NCBI GenBank assembly: GCA_963766715.1
Contig: CAVYBH010000008.1
Coordinates: forward strand, 512,001 to 576,000
DNA from: an uncultured delta proteobacterium
Lineage (GTDB): Bacteria > Myxococcota > Myxococcia > Myxococcales > Anaeromyxobacteraceae
Direction: 5' to 3'
Length of the DNA stretch: 64,000 nucleotides
This document shows positions 39,292 through 50,393 of this stretch, one piece after another. A program made the position numbers and the translations under genes. The first letter of the stretch is position 1, and every line of letters starts with the position of its first letter. The notes under the pieces are model-generated. The model was not told where the DNA came from, searched no databases, and was given only the letters and a program-made list of their open reading frames with translations.

Positions 39292-41572
39292 GTGAACGGG
39301 AACGGAAGCGGGAACGGCGGACGGGGCCGATGGGCGTGGTGGGCGGTCTTCGCGATCGTCCCGGTGCTGGTGGTGGGCTTCCACTGGCTGGCGGCGCGAC
39401 CCGGGATGGCCTTCAACGGATCCGACCTCCGCTACTTCTTCTTCGGCGTGCGGGAGGCGGTCGCGGACGCGCTGCGCCACGGCGAGCTCCCCTGGTGGCA
39501 GCGCGGGTTCCACATGGGATATCCGCTGGTCGCCGATCCGCAGGCCGCGATCTTCGCGCCCACCACGTGGCTCACGCTGCCCTGGGACGGCCCGCGCTCG
39601 CTCACCCTCGCCACCCTCCTGCACCTGACGCTGGCCGGCTGGGGCATGGCGGCCTGGATGCGGCTGCGCGGCCTCTCGCCGGCGTCGGGCCTGCTCGCCG
39701 CCGTCCTCTTCGCGCTCGGCGCCAAGCAGACCGTCCACGTCATCCACTGGAACTTCGCGGCCACCACCGCCTACTGGCCCTGGATGCTGGCCGGGCTGGA
39801 GGGGTTCGCGACGACGCGGAGGTCCAGGTACCTCCTGCTCGCCGCGATCGCCACCGCCCTCTCCTGGCTGGGCGGCTCGCCGCAGATGGCCCACTTCGGA
39901 TGCATCGTGGCGGGGCTCTACGCGCTGCGGATCGCGGCCGACCTCTGGCGCGGTGCGGCGCGCCGACGCCGCCTGGGCCGTGGCCGTCGTCCCGATCGGC
40001 TTCGTGCTCGCTTCCGTGCTCGTCCTCCCGGCGCTGGAGCTCTCCCGCATGGGCCCGCGCTCGATGGCGGTCGGCTACGACTTCGTGAGCAGCTGGAAGT
40101 GGCCCGACGCCTGGGGGCTCGCGCTCCTCGTGCTGCCCCACGCCTACGGGGACGGCCGCTGGGGGCTCAACCTCTGGGAGGCCACGGGCTACGTGGGCAT
40201 CCCCGCGCTGGCGCTCGCGGTGGCCGCTCCCCTGCGCAGGCGCGGGGTGGTGCTCCTCGCGGTCCTGGCCGTCCTCGGGGTGTGGCTCTCCCTGGGAGAC
40301 CGCGCGCCGCTCGGCCTTCACTACTGGATTTACAAGCTGGTCCCGGGCTACGGCAGCTTCCGGGTGCCCACCCGCGGCCTGCTGGTCACGGCCTTCGCCA
40401 TGGCGGTGCTGGCCGCCGAGGGGCTCGAGGCGCTGCGGCGCGACCCGACGCGCGGCCGGGTGGCCCGCAGCCTCGGGGTCCTGGCGGCGGTGGCGGCGCT
40501 CGCGCTCGTCCTCCCCCGCCTGCCGGGCTGGCCCTTCGACCCGGTGTCGACGCGGAAGACCGCCTGGTTCGCCGTGATGGTGGCCGGGCTCGGCGCCCTC
40601 TGGGTGCTGGCGGTGTGGCGGGGGCTTCGGGGCGCCTTCGCGGGAGCGACCATCGTGGCGCTCGCCTTCTACGACCCCTGGTACCTCTTCTCCCGGTTCA
40701 ACGAGGTGGGCCGGTCGGAGGACGAGACCGCGGCCCTCCAGGAGTTCGCCCCCTACGTCCCCGCCGCCCCCGCCCCCCGCCGCGTGGCGGTGGTCGCGAA
40801 GTGGGGCGGGTCGATCAACGCCCCGCTGCGGAACGGCTGGGAGGGGACGATGGGGTACGGCCCGATGTCCATCCAGCGCGTTCGCGAGCTGCTCGAGGGC
40901 ACGAAGCGCGACCGGGTGGCGCCGCTGCGCACCATGGACGGCGACGCGACCTTCCCCGGCGCGTACCCGCCGTCGGCGCTCTGGCCGCTCCTCGCCACCC
41001 CGCTCGTCCTCGCCGATCACCCGGTGCCCGGGCTGACCGGCTTCTTCACCGGGAAGCGCGAGTGGGAGAACCCGATCGTCGGATTCCTGGCGCCGGCGCT
41101 GCCGCGGGTCTTCTGGACCGGCTCCTGGGAGGTGGCTCCGGACGCCGACGTCACCGCGCCCCTGCTCCGCGCCGCCCGGGGCGACGTGGCGGTGCTGCCC
41201 GAGCCGCCGGCCGGCCTGGGAGCGCCCGGAGCGCCGGAGGGGCCCGTCGCGGCCGAGGCGATCCGGGTGTCGCAGAGCTCCCTCTCGGCGACGGTGGTCG
41301 CGCCCCGGGACGGCCTCGCGGTGATCCTCGATCCCTTCTACCCGGGGTGGACCGCCCGGCTCGACGGCAGGCCCGTCCCCCTCCTCCGCGCCGACTACGC
41401 CTTCCAGGCCGTGGCGGTGCCGGCGGGGCGGCACGAGCTGACCCTCGAGTACCGGAACCGCTGGGTGGGCATCGGCGCGGCGGTCTCGCTGGGGACGCTG
41501 TGCGCGCTCCTCGGAGCGCTCGCGCTCCGCTCCCGGCGGATGCGCCGGACCACCGCGCCGATCGCCGCCTGA
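39292..41572 (+). CDS. YfhO-like GT-C membrane protein; indel near 39955
   Basis: D..YFF, GELPWW...GYPL.ADPQ, FRVP.R; C-terminal YPGWTA.LDG...RAD...AV.VPAG.H. Confidence 0.78.
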
Positions 41573-41611
41573 TCCGCCCGCGGGGCACGCCTCCGCGGAC
41601 GGTCCCCGCCG

Positions 41612-42365
41612 CTACCGCCTCCGCGGCGACGCCAGCAGCCGGTGGACGTTCTCCCGCTCCCAGGCGGCGGCCCGGGCGTGGTCCACGTAGGCCCGCTCCC
41701 GCCGCCGGAACTCGCGCCCGTGGATGGAGCGGCGCCCTCCGCGCTCGGCGGGAGGCACCACCTGGTGGAGCATCTCGTGGAACACCACCGAGGCGACGTA
41801 GAACTCCGGGACGTCCTCGCGATCGAGCGCCGGGTGGATCCGGATGGCCCGCGCCGTGTGGAGGTAGACGCCGGCGCGGATGGAGGTCCGGCCCGGGAGG
41901 GCGCCGCTGCGCCCCCACCCGATGCGGACCTCCACGGCCCCTCCGAAGTGCTCGGCGTTGAGCCGATCGAGGATGGCCTGAAGGTCGTGGATCCGGCCGC
42001 GGGGATCCAGGCGCCCGGTCCGCGGCGGCGCGATGCGATCGCGGTGGGCGCGGACCCAGGCGTCGATGCGGCGGGACGGCCTCGACCCGGTCTCCGCGCC
42101 GCCCCGGCCGCGCGAAGTCGGCCAGCGCCGCCACGACCTCGGGAGTCGCGCCCAGGAAGAGGTGGTGCACCCGAAGCTGGACCCCGTTCCGCTCCCGGCG
42201 GAACGAGACCATGGTGTGCCGGTTGTCGTGGACCACGAGGCGCACCGGCTGCCCGAGCCGGGCCGAGACCTCGTCGGCGAGCCGCTCGGCGGCCGCGACG
42301 CGATCCGGCCGCGGCGCGTCCCGGGCGTCGAAGGAGAGGTCGAGCTGGCCGGGCGGCGGCTTCAC
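41612..42365 (-). CDS. SprT/YgjP-like zinc metalloprotease; indel near 42073
   Basis: IRIHPALD, HEMLH, H.REF; GTG start overlaps the NFACT stop. Confidence 0.72.
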
Positions 42366-43825
42366 GGCCCTTCCCCCTCGCCTTCGCCCTGGACGAGCCG
42401 CTCCACCCGCTCCGGCTCGATGCGCAGCGCGATCCCCTTCTCCTGGCTGAAGGTGACCGCGCCGGGCGCGGCCCCCTTCACCTTCTTCACGTGCTTGGCG
42501 CGCGTGTAGACCACCTCGGGCGCCGCCTCGCCGCGGGCGTCGCTGAAGTGGGCGGCCAGGTGGGCGGCGTCGAGCAGGCTCTCCTGGTCCGGGGCCTGGC
42601 CCTTCCGCAGGCGCAGGACCACGTGGGAGCCGGGCCGCCCGCGCGCGTGCAGCCAGAGGTCGTTCCCCTTGGCCACCCGCACCGTGAGCTGATCGTTCTC
42701 GGCGGCCCCCTTCCCCACCAGGATGGGGAGCCCGGCCACCGAGCGGAAGGTCCGGTAGGGCAGCGCGGGCGCGTCGTCGCGGCGGCGGGGCGGCCGCTTC
42801 GGCCGGGGTGCGGCGCCGAGCCGGCGGGCGTCGCGCTCCAGGCGGGCGAGGGACTCCGCGGGCGCGGCCTCCAGCTCGGCGAGGAGCGCCTCGGTCGCGG
42901 CGAGCCGGGCGCGGACCTCGGTGGCGCGCGCCTCCACGCGGGCCGCGCTCTCGGCGATGCGCCGGTAGCGCCGGTAGAAGCGCTCCATGTTCTGCCGGGG
43001 CGGCAGGGCGGGGTCGAGCGCGAGCGTCACCTGCCGGGGACCGTCGGCGGTCCACTCGGTCACCGTGACCTCGGCGGCCCCGCGCCGGACGGCGTGCAGG
43101 TTCTGCTTGAGCAGGTCGGCGGCGCGGCGGTCCTCCTCCGCCGCCGGCACGCGGGCCGCCTCGTCGGCGAGCCGCTCGAGCGCCCGGCGGGAGCGGGCCA
43201 CGGCGGCGCGGAGGGGGTCCCGCAGGCGGCGGCGCGCCTCGGCGAGCGCGCGCTCCTCCTCCAGGCGCCGGTAATGGGCCTCGACGGCGGCCGAGAGCGG
43301 GAAGCGCGCGCCCGGCAGGGGCTCGAAGCGCGACGCCCCGCCCTCCCCCTCCCGCGCGCCCGGCGGCTCCCAGGGTTGCCCGGGCACGAGCACGCGCCGC
43401 GGCGAGAGGTTCCGGCCCGCCAGCGCGCGGATCGCGCCCTCCGCGTCGAGGAGGAGGAGGTTGCCGTGCCGCCCGGACAGCTCGGCGACCAGGGAGACCG
43501 GGCCGGCGGCGCGCTCGAAGCGGAGCCGCACCACCCGGTCTCCGGCGCCGGCCTCGACGGCGGCGAGGCGCGCCCCGGCCAGCTCCCGGCGCAGGAGCAC
43601 CTGGAAGGCGAGCGGCTCGGGAGAGGAGGGGGGACGCCAGGACGCGGCGTGGATGCGGGCGAGATCGGGCTCGGCGGAGAGGAGCAGCGTCGCCTCCCCG
43701 CCGGCGCCGCGCAGCTCGAGCGTGAGGAGCCGCTCGCCGTGGACCCGCACCGACTCGACCCGCGCGCCGGCCAGGGAGGCCAGCTCGTCGGCCACGGCGG
43801 CGATCTCGCTCGAGCGCAGCGACAT
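42362..43825 (-). CDS. NFACT-family protein (Rqc2/RqcH/FbpA homologue)
   Basis: GDRVV (DR motif), ELSGRHGNLLL, coiled coil, VGK...ND, DLWLHA....GSHV. Confidence 0.88.
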   Translation of the reverse strand: MSLRSSEIAAVADELASLAGARVESVRVHGERLLTLELRGAGGEATLLLSAEPDLARIHAASWRPPSSPEPLAFQVLLRRELAGARLAAVEAGAGDRVVRLRFERAAGPVSLVAELSGRHGNLLLLDAEGAIRALAGRNLSPRRVLVPGQPWEPPGAREGEGGASRFEPLPGARFPLSAAVEAHYRRLEEERALAEARRRLRDPLRAAVARSRRALERLADEAARVPAAEEDRRAADLLKQNLHAVRRGAAEVTVTEWTADGPRQVTLALDPALPPRQNMERFYRRYRRIAESAARVEARATEVRARLAATEALLAELEAAPAESLARLERDARRLGAAPRPKRPPRRRDDAPALPYRTFRSVAGLPILVGKGAAENDQLTVRVAKGNDLWLHARGRPGSHVVLRLRKGQAPDQESLLDAAHLAAHFSDARGEAAPEVVYTRAKHVKKVKGAAPGAVTFSQEKGIALRIEPERVERLVQGEGEGEGP

Positions 43826-43841
43826 GGTTCCCCGAAACGGC

Positions 43842-43865
43842 AGCGGCCGCCCGGAGGCGGCCGCT
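43842..43865 (-). terminator. Stem-loop between the Lys-rich microprotein gene and the NFACT gene
   Basis: 10-bp stem AGCGGCCGCC/GGCGGCCGCT, UCCG tetraloop on the minus strand, weak U-tract. Confidence 0.55.
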
Positions 43866-43903
43866 TACCTGGGCGCGAGTCGCCTCGCGCCACGAAGGCA
43901 TCG

Positions 43904-43981
43904 TTACTTCTTCTTCGCGGCCTTCTTCTTCGCAACCTTCTTCGCCGGAGCCTTCTTCACTGCCTTCTTCTTCGCCGCCAT
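43904..43981 (-). CDS. 25-aa histone-H1-like Lys/Ala microprotein (absent from the ORF track)
   Basis: MAAKKKAVKKAPAKKVAKKKAAKKK; SD GGAGG; own promoter and downstream hairpin. Confidence 0.75.
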   Translation of the reverse strand: MAAKKKAVKKAPAKKVAKKKAAKKK

Positions 43982-44038
43982 GTGTTACCTCCCTGACAGT
44001 TGGTCAACTACCAACGACGCACGACTAAAGACGAAGGC

Positions 44039-44067
44039 AGATTAACGAACGCGGATCGACCTTGCAA
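44039..44067 (-). promoter_or_regulatory. Sigma70-like promoter for the microprotein gene
   Basis: TTGCAA-17-TAATCT in a locally AT-richer region. Confidence 0.65.
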
Positions 44068-44214
44068 GGATAGGGCCGCGCTTTTTCTCCAGGCGATCCC
44101 GGACGATCGCCCGGCTGTACCCGGTTGGATCCCATCGCGCCCGCGCCCCGAAGGCCCCATCCGGATCGCCAGCCGCCCCGTGAATACGCACTCGCAGTGC
44201 GTGTTCACGGTGAG

Positions 44215-45139
44215 TCACTTCACCGAGAGCAATGCGGCGCCGATGACCCCCGCGTCGTCCCCGAGCGCGGCCGCGACTCACGGAAAGCCCTTCCAGCGCG
44301 GTTTTCGACGCCTCGGCGCGGACCACGCGCTCCACTGCCGCGAGCAGGGACGGGTTGCCGAGCAGCAACCCGCCGCCCAGCACCAGCGTCCCGGGGTCGA
44401 GCAGCGTGACCGCGTCGGCGACGGCCCGGCCGAGCCGGGCGGCGGTCGATTCCCAGAAGGCGGAGGCCCAGGGATCCCCGGCGCGCGCGGCGCGCTCCAC
44501 GTCGTTCGGCGACGAGAATCCGGCCGCCTTCCCCTTCGCGCGCGCCTCGGCGAGGCGCGCCGAGATCCCCGCGCCGCCCGCGTAGGCCTCCAGGCAGCCT
44601 CGCGCGCCGCAGCCGCAGGACCGCTCCGGCTCGCCCGGCGGGGGCTCCACCTTCACGTGTCCGATCTCCCCGGCCACGCCTCGCGCGCCGGAGAGGAGCC
44701 GTCCGTCCAGCACCACGCCCGCGCCCACGCCGGTGCCGGCGAACACCACCAGCGCGCTGCGGGCACCGCGGGCGGCGCCGTGCCGGTACTCGCCCCATGC
44801 GGCCGCGTTCAGGTCGTTCACCACGCGGACGGGAACGCCGAGCGCGGCGGCGAGCAGGTCGCCGAGGGGCACGTCCCGCCAGCCGAGGTTCGGGGCCGAG
44901 AGCACCCGGCCGCTCTCGCCCTCGATCTGGCCCGCGAAGCCGGCGCCGGCCGCGACGGGCCGGACGCCCGCCGCCCCGGCGGCCTCGAGCGTGGCCCGGG
45001 CCACGGCCCGCACCACCTCGTCCGGCGTCCGCCCGGCGAGCCGCCCCCTGCGGGCGGCCACCACCCGGCCGGTCGCCACGTCGACCACCGCGGCCCGGAC
45101 GTTGGTGCCCCCGACGTCGATGCCCAGCGCGGCTTCCAT
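44215..45139 (-). CDS. ROK-family sugar kinase; indel near 44275
   Basis: GIDVGGT, NDLNAAA.GE, GTGVG, GEIGH, CGCG.RGCLE. Confidence 0.9.
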
Positions 45140-46511
45140 CACGCACCGAGCTGGCGCTTCAGCTCGTCCACCTTGCCGGTGACGAGCGACTGGATCTCGA
45201 CGAGCCGCTCCGGGGTCCGGGCCTCGAAGCGAAGCACGAGCAGCGGCTGGGTGTTGGAGGCGCGCACGAGGCCCCATGCCGTCCGGGAAGATGACCCGCA
45301 CCCCGTCGACCGTCACCGCCTCGTACCGGGCGGCGAACCACTCCTGGGCGCGCCGGACCAGCTCGAACTTCACGCTCTCCGGGCAGTCGTAGCGGATCTC
45401 CGGCGTGGAGAAGGTCTGCGGGACGTCGGCCAGCAGGGTGGACACCCGCTGCGTCGGTCCGGGACACGAGCTCGAGCAGCCGGCCCGAGGAGTAGATGCC
45501 GTCGTCGAAGCCGAACCAGCGATGGGCGAAGAAGATGTGGCCGCTCATCTCGCCGGCGAGCAGCGCCCCCTCCTCCTTCATCTTGGCCTTGATGAGGCTG
45601 TGGCCGGCCTTCCACATGATGCCGCGCCCCCCGCGGGCCGCGATGTCGTCGTAGAGGGTCTTCGAGCACTTCACCTCGCCGACGATGGCCGCGCCCGGGT
45701 TCTCCGCGAGCAGCGCACGGGAGAAGAGGATCATGAGCTGGTCGCCCCAGAGCACGTTCCCCTTCTCGTCGACGGCGCCCACCCGGTCGGCGTCCCCGTC
45801 GTAGGCGATCCCCAGGTCGGCGCCGGTCGCGATGACCTGCGTCTTCAGGAACCGGAGGTTCTCCTCGACGGTGGGATCGGGGTGGTGGTTGGGGAAGCGG
45901 CCGTCCATCTCCACGAAGAGGGGGATCACCTCGACGCCGAGCGACCGGAAGAGCGGCACCGCGATGACGCCGCCCGTCCCGTTCCCCGCGTCGACGACCA
46001 CCTTCAGCTTCCGGGGGCCCATCGTCAGATTCTGCCGGACGTACTCCCGGTAGGGCGTGACGATGTCGTGGGTGTCGAGCGCGCCGGCCCCCTCGGCGAA
46101 GCGCCCGGCCTGGATGCGCCGCAGGAGCGCCTGGATGCCGTCGCCGTGGAGCGTGCTCTTGCCGACCCCGACCTTGAGCCCGTTGTACTCGGGCGGGTTG
46201 TGCGAGCCGGTGATCATCACCAGGCCGTCGACCGGGAGCGTGGCGGCGGCGAAGTAGGTGAGCGGCGTGGGGACGACCCCCAGGTCGGTCACGTCGACGC
46301 CGGTGGAGCGGAGGCCGTCGATCAGGGCGACGGCGAAGCGAGGCCCGCTCTCCCGGCAGTCGCGCCCCACCACCACGCGCCGCCCGCCCTGCTCGCGCAC
46401 CTCGGTGCCGAGCGCCCGGCCCACCAGCCGCACGGCGTCCTCGGTGAGGTCCTGGTCCACCAGGCCCCGGATGTCGTACTCGCGGAAGATCGTCGAAGAG
46501 ATGGTTGCCAT
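45139..46511 (-). CDS. Phosphomannomutase/phosphoglucomutase; indels near 45447 and 45277
   Basis: FREYDIRG, TGSHNP, DGDADR, GEMSGH. Confidence 0.92.
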
Positions 46512-46550
46512 TCGTTCCCGTCCGGCGCGCCCGGCGGGCGCCGCCTGGGC

Positions 46551-47635
<1,085 letters not shown>

Positions 47636-47639
<4 letters not shown>

Positions 47640-48232
47640 GCGGTTCTCCAGGTGGCGAGGAGCTCGTGGAGGATGCGCGCGCTCGCGCCCCACACCACGT
47701 GACCGCCCACCTCGAAGTAGTGGACCTCGTGCACCATCCCGAACGCCTCCCGCGTGCCGGTCCGGTGAGCCCCCGGCGCGAGCAGATCGGCGACGGAGAA
47801 CTCGATCAACCCGGCGACCTCGTCCGGCTGCGCCACGTAGGGGTAAGGGTATGGCACGACGCCCACCCACGGCGTCAAGCGGAACCCGGACAGGACGACG
47901 AGCGCCTCGCCGAGCCGCCCCACGACCTCCACGTCGGCGGGCGCGAGGCCGATCTCCTCGTGCGCCTCGCGCAGCGCCGCGGCGCGCGCGTCCACGTCCT
48001 GGGGCTCGATCCGCCCACCGGGAAACGAGATCTGCCCGGGGTGGAGCCGGAGGTCGTCCCGCCGGCGCGTCATGAGGACGTGGGGCTCGCCCTCGCGAAG
48101 GAACACCGGGACGAGCACCGCGGCCTCGGCCAGCGCGCCGGGCGAGTCGCGGTAGAGCGGCTGGAGCGCGGCCAGGTCGAGCCGGGTGAAGGGACGGCCG
48201 GCAAGTGCGAGCCGCAGGCCGGCGAGCGTCAT
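47636..48232 (-). CDS. Nudix CoA pyrophosphatase (NudL-like)
   Basis: AAVLVP, HPGQISFPGG, ALREAHEEIG, WGASA. Confidence 0.88.
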
Positions 48233-49102
48233 CGGACGCGGGCGGCGGGCGCCGGCGGGGGATGGTCGTCGTCCCGGGGCAGCACGCCTTGCCAGACCAG
48301 GACCGCGACGAGCACGCCCAGCGCGAGGCGCCAGGCCACGAAGACGTAGGTGGTGCGGGTCCTGAGGTACCGCAAGCAGCCACCCGATGACGAGGTAGCC
48401 CGCCACCGCGGACACCCCCGTGCCGATGAGCGTGGCGGTTCGCCAGTCGGCCTCGCCGCGCAGGACGGGGAGCGCCTTGGCGAGCTTGTACGCGCCCGCG
48501 GCCAGGATGATGGGCACCGACAGGAGGAAGCTGAAGCGGGCCGCCGCCTCCCGCGAGAAGCCGAGGAGCATCCCGGTGGTGATGGTGCTCCCGGAGCGCG
48601 AGGTCCCGGGGACGAGCGCGAGCGCCTGGCCCACCCCGATGGCGAGGGCCGAGCCGGCGCGGAGGTCGTCCAGGCCCCGGCGATGGGAGGCGAAGCGCTC
48701 CGCGCCCGCCATGACCAGTCCCCAGAACACGAGGGAGAAGGCGATGACCAGGTTCCCGAGCGACTCGATGCGACGCTCCAGCAGCTTTCCGAGCACGGCG
48801 GCCGGCACCGTGCCGAGCGCGATGTACCAGGCCAGGCGCGCGTCGGGCGTGCCGAAGGGACGGCCCTCCCGCAGCCCGCGCAGCCAGGCGACGGCGAGCC
48901 GCCACAGATCCTGGCGGAAGTAGACGAGCACCGCGATCGTGGTGCCCGACTGGATGATGGTGACGAAGGCGCGGAAGCGCGGGTCGGCGAGGCTCTCGCC
49001 CAGCAGCTCGCCCACGAGCAGCAGGTGGGCGGTGGAGCTCACCGGCAGGAACTCGGTGACGGCCTGGACGAGGCCGAGGAGGACGGCGGCGAGCGGTCCC
49101 AT
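48229..49102 (-). CDS. uppP: Undecaprenyl-diphosphate phosphatase; indel near 48372
   Basis: TEFLPVSSTAH, PGTSRSG, AARFSFLL. Confidence 0.92.
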
Positions 49103-49130
49103 TCCGTCCCGAGCGATGCGGCGCGCCGCG

Positions 49131-50288
49131 CTAGGCGCGCTTGCCCTTGCGACCCGCGGCGGCCCGGAGCGCGTCCTTCTTGTCGGTTCGCTCCCAGGTG
49201 AACGCCTTGTCCTCGCGGCCGAAGTGGCCGTAGGCGGCGGTCGACTGGTAGATGGGGCGGAGCAGGTCGAGCCCGCGGATGATCTCCTTCGGCGTGAGGC
49301 CGAAGACCTGGCGGACGGCGGCGGCGATGGCCTCCTCGGACACCGTGGAGGTGCCGAAGGTGTCCACCATCACCGAGACCGGCTCGGCCACGCCGATGGC
49401 GTAGGCCACCTGCACCTCGCAGCGGCTGGCGAGACCCGAGGCGACCACGTTCTTGGCGATGTAGCGCCCCATGTACGCCGCGGAGCGGTCGACCTTGGAC
49501 GGGTCCTTGCCGCTGAAGGCGCCGCCGCCGTGGCGTCCCATGCCGCCGTAGGTGTCGACGATGATCTTCCGGCCGGTGACGCCGGTGTCGCCCATGGGGC
49601 CGCCGATGACGAAGCGGCCGGTGGGGTTGATGAAGATCTTCGTCTTCCTGTCGACGAGCTTCTTCGGGAGCGCCCGGGCGATGACCTGCTCGCGGATCGC
49701 CTCGTGCAGCTTCTTGTTCGAGACGTCGGGCGCGTGCTGGGTGGAGACGACCACCGTGTCGATGCGGGCCACCTTGCCGTCGCGGTACTCGACGCTCACC
49801 TGGGCCTTGCCGTCCGGGCGCAGGAAGTCGAGGCCGCGCCGGCGGGCCTTGGCCAGCTCGCGGGTGAGGTGGTGCGCGTACTGGATGGGCGCCGGCATGA
49901 GCTCCGGCGTCTCGTCGCAGGCGTAGCCGAACATCATCCCCTGGTCGCCGGCGCCGCCGGTGTCGACCCCCTGGCCGATGTCGGGAGACTGCTGGTCGAC
50001 CGCCACCAGGACCGCGCAGGTGTGGCCGTCGAAGCCCATCGCGCTGTCGGTGTAGCCGATCTTCTTCACCGTCTCGCGCGCCAGCTTCTGGTAGTCGATC
50101 TGGGCCGGCGTGGTGATCTCGCCGGCGATCATGACGTAGCCGGTCTTGAGCAGCGTCTCGCAGGCCACCCGCCCCTTGGGGTCGCGGGCCAGGACGGCGT
50201 CGAGCACCGCGTCGGAGATCTGGTCGGCCATCTTGTCCGGATGGCCTTCGGTCACCGACTCGGAGGTGAAGAGGTAGTCTTTCTGCAT
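49131..50288 (-). CDS. metK: S-adenosylmethionine synthetase
   Basis: [28 protein letters not shown]. Confidence 0.97.
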   Translation of the reverse strand: MQKDYLFTSESVTEGHPDKMADQISDAVLDAVLARDPKGRVACETLLKTGYVMIAGEITTPAQIDYQKLARETVKKIGYTDSAMGFDGHTCAVLVAVDQQSPDIGQGVDTGGAGDQGMMFGYACDETPELMPAPIQYAHHLTRELAKARRRGLDFLRPDGKAQVSVEYRDGKVARIDTVVVSTQHAPDVSNKKLHEAIREQVIARALPKKLVDRKTKIFINPTGRFVIGGPMGDTGVTGRKIIVDTYGGMGRHGGGAFSGKDPSKVDRSAAYMGRYIAKNVVASGLASRCEVQVAYAIGVAEPVSVMVDTFGTSTVSEEAIAAAVRQVFGLTPKEIIRGLDLLRPIYQSTAAYGHFGREDKAFTWERTDKKDALRAAAGRKGKRA

Positions 50289-50311
50289 GGTTCTCCCAGG
50301 AAAGGTCGGCC

Positions 50312-50341
50312 AAGGTACGTCCGCTGGAACGGACGTGTCAA
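50312..50341 (-). promoter_or_regulatory. metK promoter with an inverted repeat in the spacer
   Basis: TTGACA-18-TACCTT; ACGTCCG-N6-CGGACGT at 50317-50336. Confidence 0.6.
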
Positions 50342-50393
50342 GCATCGCCTCGATCGAACGGACGGCGCCCGGAAAGGCTTCCCGGCGGTCCGA

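Noticed and set aside
50289..50393. SAM riboswitch before metK (also a TPP riboswitch before thiO)
   Set aside because: Promoter-to-start distances are too short and no consensus elements are visible.
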